Origin: Marinobacterium iners
GTDB lineage: Bacteria > Pseudomonadota > Gammaproteobacteria > Pseudomonadales > Balneatricaceae
DNA: 32,000 nucleotides
Reading direction: 5' to 3'
Assembly (NCBI RefSeq): GCF_017310015.1
Contig: NZ_CP022297.1
Location: forward strand, 806,774 to 838,773
Shown here piece after piece: positions 15,858-22,079 of this stretch. The first letter of the stretch is position 1; each line of letters opens with the position of its first letter. The position numbers and the translations under genes were made by a program. The notes below the pieces were generated by a model, which saw only the letters and a list, made by a program, of their open reading frames with translations, searched no databases and was not told the DNA's origin.

Positions 15858-17219
15858 TCAGCCTGCCTGTTTGCCAAAGCTGGCGCTGATTACGTTGCTG
15901 CCCTCAGGCTGAGTCAGTACCGCCAGCCGTTGGCCTAGCGTCTGCCACGCGTGTTGCATCTCAGCAGCGTAGCTGTGGCGTTGGTATGTCCGCTTAACCC
16001 GGTTTTGCTCGGCATGGTTCAAGCAGCGTTCGGCCACTTCGGGCAGAATACCGGCCTCAACCATCATCGTTGCAGCGGTGCGCCTCAGATCGTGCGGTGT
16101 CCACTTGCCGCCCGGAAGCAACAGAGCCTGGCTGCTTTTGCTGCGGCCACTCATACGGTCTTGGTCTGGCTGACGCTGTCGATCCTGAAGCTGCTTGTTA
16201 ACGGTTTTGGGACATACCGGAGCGGTGCCATTTCTGTTCGGATAACACCATTGGCCTGAACCAGTGTGCTGCTGCAACGCTCTGAACTGCTGTACTGCAA
16301 AGTCAGATAGGTAAACAGTATGCGGTTTACCATTCTTGGTGCTGGGCATGTACCAAGTGTGCTGCTCAATGTTGATATGCCCCCACTCAGCAGACAGTAG
16401 CTCTCCAATTCGACAGCCGGTGGATAGAGCGATCCATACAGCCAGCTCGGTTGTTGGCATCAGCCCAGCGTCTGGCATCTGTTTTACCAGTAAGCGAACT
16501 TCCTCCTCCGACAGTACCCGGTCACGCTCCATGTTTTTGCCACCAATGTTGGCTTTGGCAATGGCAGCGGTAGGGTCAGCCTCGATAATTTCACGCACCA
16601 CAGCAAAGCGGAACATCTGCCGCATTTCGGACAGAGCTACCTTTGCCATACGGGGCGCACCCCTTGCCATGATTGAGTCTGTGATTTGGGTAACATGGCT
16701 GCGGCGAATATCCTCGGCTGCAAGCTGGCCTATCTTTGGCAGCACGTCAATCGTAAACAGGCGTAGGGTACTTTCACCTCGGTCTTTTCTGCGGATCAGA
16801 TCAACCTTCATCCAGTGTTTAAACAGATCGTTGATCGTCATGCGGCTACGGTGAAGCTGGTTCTCTCTTTCCAGACGGATGCGCTCGGCTTCCTCCCTTG
16901 CCTGCCTGTGCTGTTCCTCCGCTTCAAGGTGTTCACGCAGATTGGTAATGCCGCTCTGGTGTAGACCGGCAAGCTCTTTGGCCCTGAGTCTGGCTTGTGT
17001 CAATGTCAGGCAGCCCAACTTCTCCTCTCGGCTGTAATTGCCGATAGGCATCGTTACCCGCTTGCCCTGGCTATCGATATACCGGAAGTAGAAAATGCGC
17101 TCGCCTTTGGGGGTGATCCTCACAGTCAGGGCGCCATGACCTCTGATAACGCTCTCACTCAGCCACCGGCTTCCTGTGCCGGGTTTCGCATTGATCTGAC
17201 GGTCAGTAATTGAAGCCAT
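15858..17219 (-). CDS. int: Tyrosine recombinase, P4-type integrase (DUF4102-like N-terminal arm-binding domain)
   Basis: 453 aa. The N-terminus is LSESVIRGHGALTVRITPKGERIFYFRY. Catalytic-domain motifs are CRIGELLS, HDLRRTAATMM and LNHAEQNRVKRTYQRHSY. Confidence 0.9.
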   Translation of the reverse strand: MASITDRQINAKPGTGSRWLSESVIRGHGALTVRITPKGERIFYFRYIDSQGKRVTMPIGNYSREEKLGCLTLTQARLRAKELAGLHQSGITNLREHLEAEEQHRQAREEAERIRLERENQLHRSRMTINDLFKHWMKVDLIRRKDRGESTLRLFTIDVLPKIGQLAAEDIRRSHVTQITDSIMARGAPRMAKVALSEMRQMFRFAVVREIIEADPTAAIAKANIGGKNMERDRVLSEEEVRLLVKQMPDAGLMPTTELAVWIALSTGCRIGELLSAEWGHINIEQHTWYMPSTKNGKPHTVYLSDFAVQQFRALQQHTGSGQWCYPNRNGTAPVCPKTVNKQLQDRQRQPDQDRMSGRSKSSQALLLPGGKWTPHDLRRTAATMMVEAGILPEVAERCLNHAEQNRVKRTYQRHSYAAEMQHAWQTLGQRLAVLTQPEGSNVISASFGKQAG

Positions 17220-17239
17220 GTTGTACCCATCCCAAAGCT

Positions 17240-17260
17240 GGTTGCCATTCGGTTGCCATT
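17240..17260. repeat. Direct repeat GGTTGCCATT x2 (11-bp period) just upstream of the P4-type int start
   Basis: Copies at 17240-17249 and 17251-17260, 21-41 bp upstream of the int ATG at 17219. Candidate operator or arm-type site. Confidence 0.5.
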
Positions 17261-17388
17261 TGAGATTAGCTTAGCTAGGTACGAATGGGAACGATAAGGA
17301 CGAGGAGTTTTTAATAATGCTTTAGTTTCAGATAGTTACGTATGTTCGGTGGAATGGCTTGGATTTGCTGGGAATGGTTTTTTCTTTT

Positions 17389-17433
17389 ATGGGGTGCAAG
17401 GGGTAGCAGGTTCAAATCCTGCCGTCCCGACCA
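17389..17433 (+). other. 3' half of a tRNA-Pro(GGG) gene (anticodon loop to CCA): att-site remnant, not a complete tRNA
   Basis: The sequence atggggt gcaag gggta gcagg ttcaaat cctgc cgtcccg a cca parses as follows: anticodon loop (U33, GGG, G37), 3' anticodon stem, 5-nt variable loop, T arm (GCAGG/TTCAAAT/CCTGC), 3' acceptor strand, discriminator A, CCA. Upstream there is no D arm and no CGGGACG 5' acceptor strand. Confidence 0.65.
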
Positions 17434-17479
17434 TTTATTTGATTTATTTTCAATAGGTTAGCAGCATTCAGTGTGGGAT

Positions 17480-17498
17480 TTGTCCCATCATTGTCCCA
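17480..17498. repeat. Direct repeat TTGTCCCA x2 (11-bp period) between the tRNA fragment and the 3' end of the second integrase gene
   Basis: Copies at 17480-17487 and 17491-17498, with an inverted TGGGA at 17474-17478. Candidate integrase-binding sites of the right-hand element. Confidence 0.45.
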
Positions 17499-17512
17499 CA
17501 GCCTTATATTTG

Positions 17513-18757
17513 CTAACCGTTCACGACCTCCGAATTATTAGTTTCGTTCATGTTATCACTGTCATTGAGTGCATCCAGCATCTTGCTTTGGCTGGTTGTC
17601 GTGACTCCGTTTATCCACTTAGAGTAGCGGGTTAGTGTCATCTGAGTTGTCGAATGCCCCATTTGCTTACTGACCCACATTACGTTTGCGCCTGCAATCA
17701 ATGCCAGCGTGCAAAACGTGTGGCGCGTGTTGTAGGGAGGGCGGTGTCGAATCCCCAGTTTCCTCAAGGCCTTCTTGAAGAAAGTGCGTACTGCCTTGTT
17801 GGTCATGTAATGCTCACCGGTATTGGGGTTAATGAACACCTCCTTAGCCTGTAGTTCAGACCATCGCCTTTGGCGTTGAAGCGCCGCTTTGGCTCTGGCA
17901 TTAAGCTCCACATCTCGAACTTCATAGGTCTTTGTCGGCTTCAAACCACCTCCAGACCGATCCCGGGCACGTTGTACTCTGACTGTAGACTGTTGCCAGT
18001 CAACATCAGACCACATCAGGCCTGAAAGCTCTGACGATCTCAGGCCGGTCCAAAAAGCAAACTCAATCAAATTTGCTTCGCATGGGTGGGCATTTTTGTC
18101 GAGCCAACCGGTGATCATATTGAGCTCTTGTAGGGTGAATGGATCTGGTTCTGGTTTGATATGCTTCTGGTTCTTCAAATACTCCGATGGATCGCGTTCG
18201 ATCTGCATATCTTGTACTGCGAACTTGAAACATCCCCTCAGCGGAGTTAATGCGTTGTTCCGTGTTTTGGCTGAAGACCAGGGAATGCTGTTAACGACCT
18301 CGATTAAATCCGAAAACCGGATGTCGCGTATCAGCATACTCCCCAGTTCTGGCACCCAGTATTTTCGGAGGACCTTTTTGTACTCCATAATCGTAGAGTC
18401 TGCCAACATCAGACTACTCATATAGGTCTGTGCAACCTGTTCGAATGTGCTGTCAGTTTTTTTCTCCTTCTGTGCGTGTTTGCTATCAGGAAACCAGTTT
18501 GCAAATGTGAAGCTACCTAGCTCGATCTCCCTGAGAATCTCGGCACGCATCCGTGCTGCAGCTTTGATGTTTGCTTGTGTCGGCTTCATGCGGACCGTTT
18601 CCTCATACCGCTGCCCCTGGTACTGGAAGCGGACGAGGATAGATGTAGGCCTGATTTTCAGGCCTGTTTGCCGGATTGCACCCAATTTTCGTACTCCTCC
18701 AAATTGAAGTGCAGCCGGCCATCGGGCGACTTCACGTAGATTACCCCCTCTCGCCAT
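17513..18757 (-). CDS. int: Tyrosine recombinase / phage integrase (DUF3596-like arm-binding N-terminus)
   Basis: 414-aa ORF. The N-terminal domain reads IRPTSILVRFQYQGQRYEETV. Catalytic motifs are GLRSSELSGL, TRHTFCTLAL and GHSTTQMTLTRYSKW. The annotated start at 18757 would overlap the xis-like gene by 100 bp. The real start is probably nearer 18660 and may use a non-ATG codon. Confidence 0.85.
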   Translation of the reverse strand: MARGGNLREVARWPAALQFGGVRKLGAIRQTGLKIRPTSILVRFQYQGQRYEETVRMKPTQANIKAAARMRAEILREIELGSFTFANWFPDSKHAQKEKKTDSTFEQVAQTYMSSLMLADSTIMEYKKVLRKYWVPELGSMLIRDIRFSDLIEVVNSIPWSSAKTRNNALTPLRGCFKFAVQDMQIERDPSEYLKNQKHIKPEPDPFTLQELNMITGWLDKNAHPCEANLIEFAFWTGLRSSELSGLMWSDVDWQQSTVRVQRARDRSGGGLKPTKTYEVRDVELNARAKAALQRQRRWSELQAKEVFINPNTGEHYMTNKAVRTFFKKALRKLGIRHRPPYNTRHTFCTLALIAGANVMWVSKQMGHSTTQMTLTRYSKWINGVTTTSQSKMLDALNDSDNMNETNNSEVVNG

Positions 18758-18855
18758 ACACCGTCACGGACTTTTGTTTCAATTGCTGCAACAGTGTAAC
18801 CAGTGAGCTCTGCCAGCTTTTTCTTGGTTACAAAGCTGATTGGTTTTACCTTCAT
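18658..18855 (-). CDS. xis: Excisionase-like small DNA-binding protein
   Basis: 65 aa, MKVKPISFVTKKKLAELTGYTVAAIETKVRDGVWREGVIYVKSPDGRLHFNLEEYENWV. It sits immediately upstream of int and is co-directional with it, giving a lambda-like xis-int-att order. Confidence 0.65.
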   Translation of the reverse strand: MKVKPISFVTKKKLAELTGYTVAAIETKVRDGVWREGVIYVKSPDGRLHFNLEEYENWVQSGKQA

Positions 18856-19382
18856 ATGCGATGCTCTCTACCCTGATCTCTGACTTTAAATTGATTCTTA
18901 ACCTTTTCAGTGAAAGTCACCCGGATGACTGGATGTAGATACTATTTCAAGAGAGTCTGATGTAGAGCGGTGAAATTGCCGAAAAAACGCAATAATTAGA
19001 GGGTCACTTATATTTTATGAGGTTATGGTTTTTTACTATTAACGATAAGCTTATGTGAGTTTGAAATCTAAATGTTCTATATTTTGAAAGCCAAAAAATT
19101 GGCAGTAGTCTGGTCGTGAAATCCCTCACTTGCGAGAAGTGATTCCGCCGTTTTCCATATGCCAGTTGTGCTGTCTAATTTCATGCAGCATAAGTTACTG
19201 TGTGACCGATAACGTCATCAGCTATAACTTCGATGAGCTCTGGTGCAGCAGGGTAGCACTGCAGAGCATCAAGCCTCGTGAGCATCTCATCCTTTAATGG
19301 TCCCGGCCCTGAGTTCTCAAGATGTGATAGGTAATTATGGATGAAGTGCTCGAATGTCTGAATTGGGTCCGGTATCTCTGGC

Positions 19383-21349
19383 AGAAATGTAAGTGCCTGA
19401 GATTGCCTCCGGATCCAATTTGGATTGAAGTGTCGAATCTTCGACACGGGCTTGAGACTGGTCAGGAACGAACGGCACCATGCTGGAGATTCGTGCCTGA
19501 AACGGCCCCCGGATCCAGTTTGGACTGAAGTGTCGATTCTTCGACACGGGCTTGGGACTGACGCATGAATGAACTGCACCGTGCTGAATGTCAGTGCCTG
19601 AGATTGCCCCCGGATCCAGTTTGGACTGAAGTGTCGAATCTTCGACACGGGCTTGAGACTGGTCAGGAACGAACGGCTCCATGCTGGAGATTCGTGCCTG
19701 AAACGGCCTACGGATCCAGTTGGGACTGAAGTGTCGATTCTTCTACACCAGCTTGGGACTGACGCATCAATGAACTGCACCATGCTGAATGTCAGTGCCT
19801 GAAACTGCCTCCGGAACCGGTTTGGGTTGAAGTGTCGATTCTTCGACACGGGCTTGAGACTGGTCAGGAACGAACGGCTCCATGCTGGAGATTCGTGCCT
19901 GAAACGGCCCCCGGATCCAGTTGGGACTGAAGTGTCGATTCTTCGACACGAGCTTGGGACTGGCGCAGGAATGAACTGCACCGTACCGAATGTCAGTGCC
20001 TGAAACTGCCCCCGGATCCAGTTTGGACTGAAGTGTCGATTCTTCGACACCAGCTTGGGACTGACGCATGAATGAACTGCACCATGCTGAATGTCAGTGC
20101 CTGAAACTGCCTCCGGAACCGGTTTGGGTTGAAGTGTCGATTCTTCGACACCAGCTTGGCACTGGCGCAGGAATAAACTGCACCGTACTGAATGTCAGTG
20201 CCTGAAACTGCCCCCGGATCCAGTTTGGACTGAAGTGTCGATTCTTCGACACCAGCTTGGGACTGGCGCAGGAATGAACTGCACCGTACCGAATGTACGT
20301 GCCTGAAACTGCCCCCGGATCCAGTTTGGACTGAAGTGTCGAATCTTCGACACGGGCTTGAGACTGGTCAGGAACGAACGGCACCATGCTGGAGGTTCGT
20401 GCCTGAGATCACCTTCGGCCCAGTGTGATTGAAGTGTCGAGTCTTCGACACCAGCTTGAGGCTGGCCAAGAATGAACTGCACCATGTTGAAGGTCAGTGC
20501 CTGAAACTGCCCCCGGATCCAGTTTGGGGTGAAGTGTCGAGTCTTCGACACGCGCTTGGCACTGGCGCAGGAATGAACGGCACCATGCTGGAAATTCGTG
20601 CCTGAGATCACCTCCGCTCAATGTGATTGAAGTGTCGAATCTTCGACACCAGCTTGGCACTGGCGCAGGAATGAACGGCACCATGCTGGAAATTCGTGCC
20701 TGAGATCACCTCCGGAACCAGTTTGGGGTGAAGTGTCGAGTCTTCGACACCAGCTTGGCACTGGCGCAGGAATGAACGGCACCATGCTGGAAATTCGTGC
20801 CTGAGATCACCTCCGCTCAATGTGATTGAAGTGTCGAATCTTCGACACCAGCTTGGGACTGACGCAGGAATGAACGGCACCGTACCGAATGTCAGTGCCT
20901 GAGATTGCCTCCGGCCCAGTGTGACTGAAGTGTCGAGTCTTCGACACCCGCTTGGCACTGGCACAGGAATGAACGGCACCATGTGAAGGTCAGTGCCTGA
21001 AATTGCCCCCGGCTCCAGTTTAGACTGAAGTGTCGATTCTTCGACATGAGCTTAGGACTGGCACAGGAATGAACGGCACCATGCTGGAGATTCGTGCCTG
21101 AGATCACTTCCGGAACCGGTTTGGGTTGAAGTGTCGAGTCTTCGACACCCGCTTGGCACTGGCGCAGGAATGAACGGCACCATGCTGGAGGTTCGTGCCT
21201 GAGATCAACTCCGGAACCGGTTTGGGTTGAAGTGTCGAGTATTCGACACAAGCTTGGCACTGGCGCAGGAATGAACGGCACCATGCTGGAGGTTCGTGCC
21301 TGAGATCGCCTCCGGCCCCAGTGTGATTGAAATGTCGAATTTTCGACAC
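19383..21349. repeat. Head-to-tail tandem array of 20 units of about 100 bp, each with a near-invariant palindrome GTGTCGA-NNNN-TCGACAC
   Basis: - Palindrome starts: 19430, 19530, 19631, 19731, 19832, 19932, 20033, 20134, 20235, 20336, 20434, 20534, 20632, 20733, 20831, 20930, 21030, 21131, 21232, 21332.
- Spacing is 98-101 bp.
- The inter-palindrome DNA is homologous between units and falls into at least three interleaved subtypes. Confidence 0.95.
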
Positions 21350-21500
21350 TTATCCAGTATCACAGCCACCAGTTTGGTAGCAGCTCCTGCACCTATGGGT
21401 TCCCAAAGCGATCATCCATCAGCTCCACGATACCCCGTCTTCTGGAGTCCGAATCAGACGCCAGCGGCGTGGATCACCTTGCGGATACGCGGGTATAGGT

Positions 21501-21899
21501 GTGTACAAGCGTATTCCTACCCAAAGTGTGCCAGCAGGCGTTGGGCCAACTGCTTATGTGAGTCAGAAATGCTTCAAAATCCTGGCGATGCCCGACGCTC
21601 ATCCAGCGCAGCGACATGATCTGTCGTTTGGCTCTGTCATATTGCTCACAGGTGACCGCTGCGATGTCTGTGGTGACAGCACATCGGACGGAGGTGGATA
21701 TACCCCTCAATTTGGCGTGCTCAAAGCTGATTGGGGGTATGGATCCCGCTATGATGGAGCCCGATACGAGCTGCACTTGTGCGAAAGCTGCTTTTTCTCT
21801 GCGCTGGCGACACTGAAGCAGGAGCGCCTAGCCTGCCGCATGTTTGACGAAAACGAGGGTGATCAGGCTGCAGAGTTTGGATTGGTGGTTAAAGGCTAA
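21501..21899 (+). CDS. Small hypothetical protein with a CxxC...CxxC zinc-ribbon-like motif
   Basis: The ORF is 132 aa. A more plausible start is the Met at 21588 (MPDAHPAQ..., about 103 aa). The motif reads DRCDVCGD...WGYGSRYDGARYELHLCESCF. A competing antisense ORF (21474-21776) has no recognisable features. Confidence 0.45.
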   Translation: MYKRIPTQSVPAGVGPTAYVSQKCFKILAMPDAHPAQRHDLSFGSVILLTGDRCDVCGDSTSDGGGYTPQFGVLKADWGYGSRYDGARYELHLCESCFFSALATLKQERLACRMFDENEGDQAAEFGLVVKG

Positions 21900-22079
21900 C
21901 ACGGATAAGGAGGGGGCTTACAACCCCGTTCAGGCTCTGGAGTCTGTGTGCAGGTATAGGTTATGTCAGTCTTGGAAACGAGGGTGTTTTTCATCCTCGA
22001 TGAGATAAATTGTCGTTGGCTGGATAGTTGTGTAATCTGTAGGCGATAGGTAGCTGTTTGAAAAGGACGACACTAACTC

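Larger units (their letters stand above)
12093..17433 (-). mobile_element. Core module of a P4/PICI-like integrative element (int, alpA, ZnF primase-like, P-loop replication ATPase, small unknown genes). The element probably extends leftwards to include the defence cargo.
   Basis: Co-directional gene order int-alpA-primase ZnF-ATPase next to a tRNA 3'-half att remnant. The left boundary was not identified in the window. Confidence 0.55.

Noticed and set aside
17300-17433. A complete tRNA gene ending at 17433.
   Set aside because: Only the anticodon loop through the CCA end is present. The 40 nt upstream lack a D arm, the 5' anticodon-stem strand and the CGGGACG strand needed to pair with the 3' acceptor strand.
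19181-21349. Long minus-strand ORFs running through the tandem array (289 aa at 19181-20050, plus eight others of 81-138 aa in all three frames).
   Set aside because: They are a by-product of a repeat unit that happens to be stop-poor on the minus strand. The 98-101-bp period is not a multiple of 3, so the frame changes from unit to unit and the ORFs overlap one another in different frames. The 'starts' are just the first GTG/ATG after a stop. The peptides (SKNRHFSPNWIRGQ...) are R/S/P-rich with no recognisable fold. The 201-bp A/B super-period keeps one frame open for ~870 bp, which I note but consider coincidental.
19383-21349. Canonical CRISPR array serving the adjacent type III-B genes.
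   Set aside because: The segments between the conserved palindromes are homologous to each other (three related subtypes) rather than unique spacers. A repeat-plus-spacer period of ~100 bp is also well outside normal CRISPR geometry.
19383-21349. Type III toxin-antitoxin (ToxI-like) antitoxin RNA repeats.
   Set aside because: Known antitoxin repeats are a few copies of roughly 35-45 nt placed directly upstream of a ToxN/AbiE-like endoribonuclease gene. Here the unit is ~100 bp in 20 copies and no such toxin gene flanks the array. This is not strictly excluded.
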